Below, piece after piece: positions 53,326-64,000 of a stretch of DNA of 64,000 nucleotides (the stretch's first letter is position 1; the number at the start of each line of letters is the position of its first letter). The stretch is from positions 1,302,001 through 1,366,000 of the forward strand of contig NC_043015.1 in assembly GCF_006345805.1 (NCBI RefSeq), given 5' to 3'. This DNA is from Octopus sinensis. Taxonomy: Eukaryota. Both the position numbers and the translations under genes were made by a program. The notes under the pieces are model-generated. The model was given only the letters and a program-made list of their open reading frames with translations. It did not search any database and was not told the DNA's origin.

Positions 53326-53736
53326 CAGGAGTGGCTGTGTGGTAAGTAGCTTGCTTACTAACCCCAGGTTCTGGGTTCAGTCCCACTGCGTGACACCTTG
53401 GGCAAGTGTCTTCTACTATAGCCTCGGGCCGACCAAAGCCTTGTGAGTGGATTTGGTAGACGGAAACTGAAAGAAGCCCGTCGTATATGTGTATAAATAT
53501 ATATATATATATGTGCGTGTATGTTTGTGTGTCTGTGTTTGTCCCCCTAGCATTGCTTGACAATCGATGCTGGTGTGTTTATGTCTCCGTCAATTAGTGG
53601 TTCGGCAAAAGAGACCGATAGAATAAGAACTGGGCTTACAAAGAATAAGTTCTGGGGTCGAGTTGCTCGATTAAAGGCGGTGCTCCAGCATGGCCGCAGT
53701 CAAATGACTGAAACAAGTAAAAGATTAAAAGAGTAT
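53326..53736 (+). mobile_element. CORE-type SINE family B, best-preserved full-length copy
   Basis: The tRNA-like head (TGGCTGTGTGGTAAG; GGGTTCAGTCCC) is followed by GTGACACCTTGGGCAAGTGTCTT, which resembles the CORE motif GTGACCTTGGGCAAGT. An internal (TA)/(TG) run and a 3' module ending GACTGAAACAAGTAAAAGA complete it. Confidence 0.93.
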
Positions 53737-53746
53737 ACGCACAATG

Positions 53747-53905
53747 TCTGAAATTTGGTGAGAGGGAACGAGTCGTTTCATCAACCCCAGTATTTCACTG
53801 ATAATTAATTTATCGACTGGAAAGGATCTCGACGGAATTTGAACTCAGAACTCAGCACTAAGGTTTTCGTCCATCGTGCTAAAGATTCTGCCAGCTCGCA
53901 ACCCT
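53747..53905 (-). mobile_element. SINE family A with internal deletions
   Basis: AATTTATCGACTGGAAAGGATCTCGACGGAATTTGAACTCAGAAC...GATTCTGCCAGCTCGCACCCT. Confidence 0.82.
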
Positions 53906-54295
53906 AATAATAATAATAAAAATACTACTACTACTACTAATACTACTACTAATAATAATAATAAAATGATGATAATAATAATAAGAATGATAGTAATAAT
54001 AAAAATAATAATAATAATAATAAAATGATAGTAATAATGATAATGATGATAATAATATAATAGTAATAAAATAGTAATAATAACACAATAATAAAAATAA
54101 TAGTAATATAATATAATAATAATATAATAATAATATAATGATAGTAATAATATGATAATAATAATAATAATAAAAATAATAATAATAATAAATAATACAA
54201 CAACAAAATCTAATAATAAAAAACAAATAATAATAATAATATATAATCATAATATAACAATAATAATAATAAAAATAATAATAATATAATAAATA
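53906..54295. repeat. Degenerate (AAT)n array
   Basis: Direct reading. Confidence 0.92.
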
Positions 54296-54314
54296 GGGAA
54301 AATTAATATAGCAG

Positions 54315-54529
54315 TTTTTACTAATATAGGCACATGGCGTGTAATTTTGGGGGAGGGGACTTGTCGATCACAGTGACCTAAGTACTCAACTGGTACTTAT
54401 TTTATGGACCTGTAAAGAACGCAATGTAAAGTCTACCTCGTCGGAATTTGATCCCAGAACGTAAAGACAGACGAAATGCCGCAAAGAATTTCACTCGTCA
54501 TGCTAACGATTCTGCCAGCACACCGCCTT
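54315..54529 (-). mobile_element. SINE family A, full length
   Basis: ...GGAATTTGATCCCAGAACGTAAAGACAGACGAAATGCC...GCTAACGATTCTGCCAGCACACCGCCTT. Confidence 0.85.
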
Positions 54530-54547
54530 AGAAACGATAATAATAAT

Positions 54548-54746
54548 GGTTTCAAATTTTGCCAGAAGGGGAAGGGGATTGGTCGATTATATCGACCCGT
54601 CTTCAACAAGTACTTAATTTATCGACCCCAAAAATGATGAAGGGCAAAGTCGATCTTGGTGGAATTTGAACACAGAACCTAACGACAGGCGAATTACTGC
54701 TAAGCATTTCGTCTAGCGTGCTAATGATTCTAGCAGCTTACCGCTT
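54548..54746 (-). mobile_element. SINE family A, full length
   Basis: GGTTTCAAATTTTGCC...AATTTATCGACCCC...GGCAAAGTCGATCTTGGTGGAATTTGAAC...GCTAATGATTCTAGCAGCTTACCGCTT. Confidence 0.85.
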
Positions 54747-55289
54747 CAGTAGCGGTAATGATAATACAGTATTGATAATAATAATGGTGATAATGATAAT
54801 GATAATGACGACGTAGATGACGACAACGACGACGGCGTCAATAATGATAATGATGATTATTTCTTTATTACAAAGTTATAAAAATACATATTTGTGAGAA
54901 GATGTATATTATATGTCATTAAGTTTATAAGCGTGCCTCTGTGTGATAAAAGAGGTATTTACATAAGTTTATAGAAAGTTTTTTTTAACATGTGTAACTT
55001 CCGAACACAGAAAAAAAGAATATCATGTTAAATGAAATTTAATACGTAGAAGCGTTTTATAAATATTATTATCTCCCTTTCTATATGTGCGGCATGTACT
55101 GTATATGTGGCAACTAGCTGTATAAGATAATGGGCGGTACGTTCGTCGATGCTTAGTTTCAAAACAAATGTTTACAACAGTCGGAAGAAGCTATCTAATA
55201 TAACTCTAAACCTAACTAAATTTCCATCTATCCATCCATCCATCCATATGTCCATCCATCCATACATACATACATCTCTCTATCTCTCT

Positions 55290-55295
55290 AAATAT

Positions 55296-55376
<81 letters not shown>

Positions 55377-55378
55377 AT

Positions 55379-55428
<50 letters not shown>

Positions 55429-55510
55429 AATCTATCTATCTATCTATCTATCTATATATCTGTATGTCTATCTATTTATCTATGTATCTATCTATCTATC
55501 TATCTATCTT
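55290..55510. repeat. (TATC)n microsatellite
   Basis: Direct reading. Confidence 0.95.
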
Positions 55511-55749
55511 TATATATATACATATATATATATGTATGTATATATACATACATACATATATTTCCAACTATCTACCTGTCTATCCAACTATTTATCTATC
55601 TATTCATCTATCTATCCATCCATGTATTTGTCTATATATCTATCATTTATCTATCTATCTAGTTTCGCATTTATGGATGCAAGAAAAAAACGTTAAAGTA
55701 AATATATGTGTGTGTATCACATGCGTATGATACACACACACACGTTATA

Positions 55750-55965
55750 TAGAGAGTTAGTGAAAAGTTCTTAATGTTGAAAAAAATTAAATAAATGAGG
55801 AGCATTTAAGCATTATTTTATTCAACATATACTCCTCTCAGATTCACACACTTATAGCAGCGGTCATTCAGAGTTACTAAGTCCTATAAATGAAATCGGA
55901 AGTATGGGACGCCAACAATGCTGTGGCGACACTCTTTAAGTCAGGAAATTTTCAGTACGTACATC
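55750..55965 (-). mobile_element. Mariner-derived MITE (about 215 bp), decayed
   Basis: Degenerate TIR cores TGAAAAGTTC (55761-55770) and AGGAAATTTTCAG (55943-55955). The minus strand keeps the mariner C-terminal peptide DRCYKCVNLRGVYVE*. The TIR type resembles the end of the 10482-10999 element. Confidence 0.72.
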
Positions 55966-55986
55966 TTATGTATACATATATATATA

Positions 55987-56026
<40 letters not shown>

Positions 56027-56037
56027 TATATATATAT

Positions 56038-56117
<80 letters not shown>

Positions 56118-56122
56118 ATGTA

Positions 56123-56172
<50 letters not shown>

Positions 56173-56183
56173 TTATATAGATG

Positions 56184-56244
<61 letters not shown>

Positions 56245-56288
56245 GATGCAAAGTACATCATAGATACATACAACATAAATCTAAATAT

Positions 56289-56426
56289 ATTATTAAAATT
56301 ATAATTTAGGTATCTAAAAGATACCACCACGTTGGAATATAGCAGCCAAAACTTGACTGCTAGTTTTGGCTGCTATTTCTAGCTCGGTGGTATCTCTTAG
56401 ATACCCTAAATTCTAATTTGAATAAT
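56289..56426. repeat. Fold-back palindrome (about 65-bp arms, 8-nt loop) with a nested inverted repeat in each arm
   Basis: Arms 56289-56353 and 56362-56426, with a perfect inner 15 bp (ATAGCAGCCAAAACT/AGTTTTGGCTGCTAT). GGTATCT-N3-AGATACC occurs at 56309-56325 and 56389-56405. Confidence 0.95.
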
Positions 56427-56606
56427 AATTGTTACATTTGAAGGTTTTTATTCTCATGCAGGCCACTTGATGAGATCGATATTTAAATTAACGATCTTAT
56501 CCTTATTTATATATATATTATATATATACATACATATATATAATATTGTAGAAAATGATATATATATATATATATGTACCTATATACTACATGTATATAG
56601 ACGTAT

Positions 56607-56663
<57 letters not shown>

Positions 56664-57007
56664 ATATATATACATATATGCACACACACACCCATGCATA
56701 TGTATGTACATCTAAGTAATCATATGGATAGATTTATATATAAGTCGCAATAAAACTTTATGAGGATGTATGTATGTAAGCATGTATGTACCAAGGGTTG
56801 AACTGAAAGAACACGGGAAGAAATGTAATATGTATGTACCTATGTATACATATATGTAAGTATGTTGTATGTATGTATGAATATAAAATATGTGATATTG
56901 TTTTGCTTATTGTGTCTGTTTCTCTTTAACTATTAGTCCATGGAATATTCCGTTCGCGCCTGCCTGCTAGTGTTTTATCTGTGTATCTTTTCTATGACCA
57001 TATAACG

Positions 57008-57045
<38 letters not shown>

Positions 57046-57079
57046 ATATATATACATATATACATATGCAGATATATAG

Positions 57080-57117
<38 letters not shown>

Positions 57118-57215
57118 TAGATAGATAGATAGATAGATAGATAAATATATAGATAGATATAGATATAGATATCTGTGTGCGTTCGCGTATGTATATATAT
57201 ATGTGTGCATATACC

Positions 57216-57447
57216 TATTTCTTTACTGCCCACATGGGGCTACCTAGAAAGTGGACAACCAAGGACAGACAAACGGATTAAGTCGATTATATCAACTCCA
57301 GTGCGTAACTGGTACTTATTAAATCGACCCCGAATGATGAAAGGCAAAGTCGACCGCGGCGGAATTTGAACTCTGAACGTAGCGGCAGACGAAATGCTGC
57401 TAAGGATGACGCTCGGCGTGCTAACGTTTCTGCCAGCTCGCAGCCTT
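57216..57447 (-). mobile_element. SINE family A with alternative tail, full length
   Basis: TATTTCTTTACTGCCCACATGGGGCTA...AAGGACAGACAAACGGATTAAGTCGAT...GGCAAAGTCGACCGCGGCGGAATTTGAAC...CTGCCAGCTCGCAGCCTT. Confidence 0.9.
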
Positions 57448-57821
57448 ATGTGTGTATATACCGGTGTGTGTGTGTGTGTGTGTGTGTGTGTACCAGTAAG
57501 TTGTAAGATTGGGTGGGAAAGAGATGACATGAGTGAAATAGGAGAATAGAAATAAAGAAAAATAGATATCACAAAACAGTCTATGTTACTTTTAACTAAC
57601 GTATTAATATGTCCGTCTCTCTGGTCATCTGCTTTTTTATATATGTAGATTAATCCCACATGAAAATATATTATCTTAATATTGTTTATGTACAACTGCC
57701 TCCTTATCCCTCTTATTAATTAGTGCATTCCATACATACATATACATGCATACAACATGCATATATTTATACATATATATATATTCATTTACACACAATA
57801 TATATGTATATACATGCAAAA

Positions 57822-57891
<70 letters not shown>

Positions 57892-58182
57892 CATAGGTAT
57901 ATACATATGCATATCTAAATATCTATGTATGTATAAATATACATATGTATAAGTGTATGTACACATATATATACAGGTGCGCAGCATATATATATACAAG
58001 TATGTGTGTTATATAAAATAAATAAATATATATATATATATATTATATATATATATGCATATACTCTCCATATATATGTACCAATGCTTATATACATACA
58101 TGCATGCTTAAATAAATACAGACATAGATACATACATACATACATACATACATACATACATACATACATACAAACATACATA

Positions 58183-58213
<31 letters not shown>

Positions 58214-58227
58214 CAAACATACATGCA

Positions 58228-58258
<31 letters not shown>

Positions 58259-58414
58259 GGAGATACTGAAAGTTCAAAACGTGATATCAGGGGAATACTT
58301 ATAAAATGCATAGAATGGAAAATATATATATTTTAGTATAATGAAAATATTAACACCATACTTAGATTCATATTAATATACATCCGCAGGTGTCTGTCGG
58401 TGTAAATATTTACG

Positions 58415-58446
<32 letters not shown>

Positions 58447-59141
58447 ATATATTATACGTGTACACATACACATGGGTTTTTATAGATGTTTTGATACATG
58501 CATACATTATGATGCATATATACACTTACATGCTCAAGTACGTATGTATATTTGAATATATATATATGTATATATATATGTACATACTTATATGTACATA
58601 CGTATATGTATATACATACAGCTACTTACATAGGCAGATTAACATGGTTGCGTATATATATATATATGTATACATTTATATGCATATTCATATATACATT
58701 TATATATATACATATATGTATATATACAAAACACATGCATATATATGTGTGTGTGTGCATATATAGATATATGTGTGTGTCTCAGTGTGTCTGGTTGTTT
58801 GTACATGTCTGAGATTTTATTTCTGTTATGTGTGTCAATGATTTCATATATATTCTCTATTGTGTGTGTATACATATATCAAATTTCAGTATTGTGTGAT
58901 TCTAAATCACAGTAATTATGTGCATGGCATTATAAATAAGGTATACATTTTCGATCCCATTTTGCCAAACTTTATACATTAGAGCATCTCCCTCTCCCAT
59001 TGTTCCTTCTCTCTCTCATACCACATATGCATACCTAATAATACTAATTCACGTACATATTTTATATCTATCTATCTATCTATATATATATTAGCTATCT
59101 ATCTTTCGATCTTAATCTCTCTCGTCATATATGTATATATG

Positions 59142-59207
<66 letters not shown>

Positions 59208-59218
59208 TATATAATATG

Positions 59219-59285
<67 letters not shown>

Positions 59286-59428
59286 TATACACATACATAT
59301 ATATACATATATATATATATTATATATATATATATATTTATATTGTATTTATATCTATGTCACTATGTACGTATCTACTCATCTATCGTTCTATATATTC
59401 ATATATACACATGAAACTTGCGAGAGAA

Positions 59429-59762
59429 GGCGCATGGGTTAGTGGTTAGAACGTCGGTCACACAAGCATAGGTTAGTGAGATCGTTTTACGGACAGAGCT
59501 CTGTCTTAAGTTCTTGGGCAAGGAGCAGGAAGCTATAATTCCTGTTGCCCCAGTTCACTAAGATGTAGAAATTAGTTACATCACTGCCACCAATCTGTAT
59601 CTGCCTCTTTGTTTCCTTTGAATTACATCGGTGGCGTGGAGATGGGAGACTGGTAAGCATGGGCTACTGCTGCTGTTCCTTAAAAAGAACTTTACCAGGA
59701 CTTGTGCTTCAAAGGATAATTTTGTATGTGCTGTGCCATTGTCGTTCATGACCGAAGAATGT
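59429..59762 (+). mobile_element. tRNA-derived SINE family C, diverged
   Basis: GGCGCATGGGTTAGTGGTTAGAACGTCGG...GTTCTTGGGCAAG...CCAGTTCACTAAGATGTAGAAATTAG...GTTCATGACCGAAG; homologous to 30612-30901. Confidence 0.8.
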
Positions 59763-59946
59763 TTACAAAGTTTTATGAGGGTTCCAGTTGATGATACATT
59801 CCCAAAGTGAGTGAGAGTGTTGTGCATCAACACATTATATATATATATATATATATATTATATACATACATTCAAAATGTGACCGCGTGTGTACCGTTGG
59901 CGATTTTTTTCCTCCGTCTTCCCTTCTTTGGATCTTTCCTTTTCCT

Positions 59947-59983
59947 ACATTTCTGATGAAGATCTCCGCTCGAAAAGTTAAAC
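59947..59983 (+). ncRNA. Minimal type-I hammerhead-ribozyme-like motif, mutated, within a (TA)n-flanked repeat (about 59865-60070)
   Basis: ATTT-CTGATGA-A-GATC-TCC-GCTC-GAAA-AGTT-AAAC has an exact CUGAUGA box and GAAA. Two substitutions would restore GAGC/GCTC stem II and a palindromic AACGTT stem III. Confidence 0.55.
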
Positions 59984-60089
59984 CCTCTTTCTTTCCTTCT
60001 TTCTTGAGCGTCCAATAATACTAAACTTGTTCCACGTCCTCGCGTTGTTGTGTATTCATGTTTGGATTAACTATACATATATATATATA

Positions 60090-60146
<57 letters not shown>

Positions 60147-60226
60147 GTACATATACACACAACCACACACACACACACACACATATCTATCTATATATCT
60201 ATATCTATATCTATACATATAATATA

Positions 60227-60260
<34 letters not shown>

Positions 60261-60463
60261 CTATATATATATATAATATATATATATGCATAAGTCTTTC
60301 CTTGTTTGCTTTGCAAAATAGGTTTTGTCTCGAATTAATATTATATAATATTTTACTATAAAATGGATTTAATCCTAAATCTGATTTTTCCCTGTAAATT
60401 TGGATTTTCCCTAATATTTATTATTATTTTATATATATATGTATATGTATATATGTATGTATG

Positions 60464-60497
<34 letters not shown>

Positions 60498-61803
60498 TGT
60501 ATGTATGTATGTATGTATGTTTGTATGTATGTATGTATGTATGTATGCATAAGTATATGTATCTATTTGTGGCTGTATCTTGTTTCAGTATAAATTTTGT
60601 TAAGAAATGGAATGTTATTGTTGAGTTCATGAACTGGGATGAAATATTAATACCTAAAACAAAGAATTCAAATTGAAAACCTAAACATTACATTAAAATT
60701 GTTTGTGAGATGACCCGCCCAACAAAACAGGTCTGGTTCAACACCTGTGTGCACATAAGGAATGTTGCAAGTCAAATTTTAAAACGAAGTATAAATATTG
60801 TCTCTCTTCCTCTCACTTTCTCACCATTATGTGTGCGTGTATATATATATATATAATATATAATATATATATAGATACAGACAGACAGATATCTATATTG
60901 TATGTATACAGATCTAAAGATAAGGCTATATATGTAACATATATATGTTTATGTATATATATAGTTATATATATATATATATTATATATATATATATATA
61001 TATTATTATCTATACATACTATACATATATAGATACTGATAGATATAAATATATAAAATCGATATCATACATAGGTATACATACACATACGATATATATA
61101 TATATATTATATATATATATACATGCACCAAAAGTTCATATACATATTCACACACTCTCGGACACATATAAGCACGAGTACATATACATAAGTACACACA
61201 CAAACAAACAAACATAAACACAGACATATGTACGTATGTTTCATGCATTGTAAATATATATGTATATATATATAGAGAGAGAGAGAGAAGGGTGAGTGAA
61301 AGTGAGATGAGTAGAAAGAGAGAGGGATAGGGATATATAGATAGGTAGGTAGACAGATAGATATGTGGGTATGTATGTATGTATGTATGTATGTATGTAT
61401 GTATGTATGTATGTAGGTAGGTAGGTCGGTAGGTATGTAGGTCGGTAGGTAGGTAAGTAGATAGACTTGCGATGACAGTTTCTCGTCTACCATTCACTGC
61501 TTTTCGCAATAGAACATACTGTAACCGTTATATATTAGAATTAATAATATAATAGATGTATACACGTTCATGTAACTTAAAAATATACTTTTTTGCGTAA
61601 TCATTTTATGTATTAATTTAATTGCATAATAATTTGTGTGCAATCGTCGCCATAACAGGTTTTATTTTGTTATCATTCCTTTTTCTCTTTTTTGCTCACT
61701 TACGTGTATTTCCTCATCTTGACATGCAATGCGGTGTATCAAAAAGCATTTTTCGGCGCTCTAGCGAGTTCCGTTCGGCAAAGTTTCACTGCATAGTGGT
61801 ATC

Positions 61804-61847
<44 letters not shown>

Positions 61848-61871
61848 GGGGGAGAGAGAGAGAGGGGGAGA

Positions 61872-61907
<36 letters not shown>

Positions 61908-62050
61908 ATTTACATCATATATAGGATAAAATTTACGAAAAATATTTTTTAGTGCTCAGCATGTTAAAAAAATACCTTCAAAGTCTAAATTCATAAACAA
62001 CTTATAGATAAGGGCAAAAGAAAAAAATTCCAATGCCAAATATGCCGAAA

Positions 62051-62275
62051 ATAGACTTAAATGGTCAATAACCACATATAATTCATCACTATAAGCACGC
62101 GTCTCGAAGCAAGCCGACAGAAATTTCTTTAAAAAATCTCGTTATTACCGAATCGGTCCCGATTTCTGAGTTAATTTTCTCGTTGTCAGTGGTAAATACG
62201 ATAACAAATTAAATGAGATACTTACTTGCACCCATGGAAGTGATGAATTATATGTGGTTATTGACGATTTAAGTC

Positions 62276-62278
<3 letters not shown>
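62051..62278. repeat. 40-bp inverted repeats (39/40 identical) with 148-bp spacer, ending at a (TA)n tract
   Basis: ATAGACTTAAATGGTCAATAACCACATATAATTCATCACT (62051-62090) versus its reverse complement at 62239-62278. Confidence 0.95.
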
Positions 62279-62320
<42 letters not shown>

Positions 62321-62998
62321 GTTGCTAATGTGTTAAACTTTTGTATGCCCAAATTCGGTCAAATGCGTCTTTTTTAATATTTACTTTTGATTCCATTAAC
62401 CCGTTGTTGTTTTTTCAAACTATCATATCTCCAGCTACTTCAAAGCCAAGAGTAATAAAGAACATTTGACAAAGTGTAGTACGATGGTTTTTAGTAGTAC
62501 AATGTTTTAATGTTTTTTTTTTCAAATTATTTTCCCGTGAATATCATTAGAAAACATTTTGCTTTGATTATTTACAAAATATTCTAAAGTAACTTTATAA
62601 ATACACTAAATATTTTGAAAAACCTGTTTGTAATCTCAGTGGGAATGAGTTTTCCTCCGTAGGTTTTTATTTCGAATGCACTCAACGTATCTCACCTCCA
62701 AAGAGTTGGTTGCTATTTCTAGCACATGCTGCTACGAAGTAACAACCATTTGCGATTAAGGACGCGAAAGACCAGTTACCTGATACCAGGGTGTGCAAAA
62801 AATAGCAGCCAGATCTTTACTTTTCTGGGGAAAGGAGCCGTTTACACGTAATATCGATGGCACATTTATTGAATGTATGAGAAATAACCTGGAAAAAAGC
62901 ACGAACTAATCCATTGCTAGCAAACTCGGATTTTGTCGGTGACACAACGGGTCACGGGCAGTCTAGTCTAATATATGTGTGTGCGTGTGTATGTGTGA

Positions 62999-63008
62999 TG
63001 GATGGATG

Positions 63009-63074
<66 letters not shown>

Positions 63075-63075
63075 C

Positions 63076-63106
<31 letters not shown>

Positions 63107-63139
63107 TAGATAGATAAATACATAGTTAGATATACAGAG

Positions 63140-63236
<97 letters not shown>

Positions 63237-63255
63237 GATAGATAGATAGATAGAA
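62999..63255. repeat. (TAGA)n/(CAGA)n array
   Basis: Direct reading. Confidence 0.95.
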
Positions 63256-63854
63256 ATCTCACTGTGGCATGAATATGGACAATTATGCAAAAATAGTATG
63301 CGCTTCGTGTCTGAAGATAGAATTCATGAGTTATTGATCTTAACTTACTATTCAGATGGAGGTAAATAAATACTTCGTGGAGTTTGAGACAAAATGCAAA
63401 TGGCCGACTAACGGAGAAGTCAAGATTTCCCCGAAATTGATGAAAAGAGAGCTGCAATGACAGTAGACTCAAAGATAGCCATGGACATGATTTTTCATCT
63501 CTTTCTAGCAGTAAATCTTCCTCTTTTCAGGCATACATAAACAAGCACAAAAGCGCGCGCGCACACACACACACATACACACATTTGGACAAATATATAC
63601 AAACAAATGTTTATATGTGAACAAACATACACGCACACATGTATGTATACGCACACACACACGGTATAGGACAGTGCAGAGCTACAAAAGGCTTTTGCCC
63701 AAGTAGACCGAGAGTGGGGCTGGAAACGAAAACCATACAACATTTAAAAACAATATCCTCTCAACTGGTGTAAGCGACATAAACTTCATCTCTTAAATGC
63801 AACGGAACATTACGATTTAGCCATTTCGTTATGCTACAATTTCAAAATCTAAAC

Positions 63855-64000
63855 ATATTCTTTTCTACTCTAGGAACAAGGCCCGAAATTATGGAGGGAG
63901 GCGGGGCCACTCGATTACATCGACCCCAGTACGCAAATGGTACTTAATTTATCGACCACAAAAGGATGAAAAGTACAGTCGACCATGGCGGAATTAGAAC
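63855..64000 (-). mobile_element. SINE family A, cut by the window edge
   Basis: TATTCTTTTCTACTCTAGGAACAAGGCCCGAAATT...ATCGACCCCAGTACGCAAATGGTACTTAATTTATCGACC..AAAGGATGAAAAG..AGTCGACC. Confidence 0.9.

Noticed and set aside
247-63743. Most ORFs in the supplied track (YIYI, YVCM, SIYL, HTHT, poly-I/L/Y peptides)
   Set aside because: They are translations of stop-free di-, tri- and tetranucleotide microsatellites, with no domain content or splice structure.
1269-64000. SINE heads with box A/B motifs as tRNA genes
   Set aside because: They lack a complete cloverleaf and run directly into SINE core and tail sequences.

Overview
This is 64 kb of very AT-rich, microsatellite-saturated eukaryotic DNA with one 100-N assembly gap (8713-8812). 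The repeat families (four recurring SINE-like families and long (TA)n, (TAGA)n, (TACA)n and (AAT)n arrays) look like those of octopus, so it is most likely a large intron or intergenic block of an octopod genome. That assignment is from pattern recognition, not a database search. I can support no complete protein-coding gene, tRNA, rRNA or CRISPR array. Almost all long ORFs in the supplied track are translated microsatellites. The recognisable coding remnants are all mobile elements: three mariner pieces, a Tc1 piece, a maT/DD37D deletion derivative, an L1/Tx1-type LINE 3' fragment, four R4/Dong-type restriction-like-endonuclease LINE fragments, and two Penelope-type GIY-YIG fragments. The most interesting signals are: (i) a Penelope-like set of GIY-YIG remnants, two hammerhead-ribozyme-like cores and long fold-back palindromes abutting (TA)n arrays; (ii) a 45.3-48.5 kb cluster of R4/Dong 3' ends plus a non-autonomous element sitting in (AAT)n tracts; (iii) a branched palindrome at 56.3 kb; (iv) several inverted repeat pairs able to form long dsRNA; (v) a 70-nt hairpin overlapping a speculative two-exon 50-aa ORF at 42.3-43.5 kb. 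Element boundaries are read by eye and may be off by a few bases.
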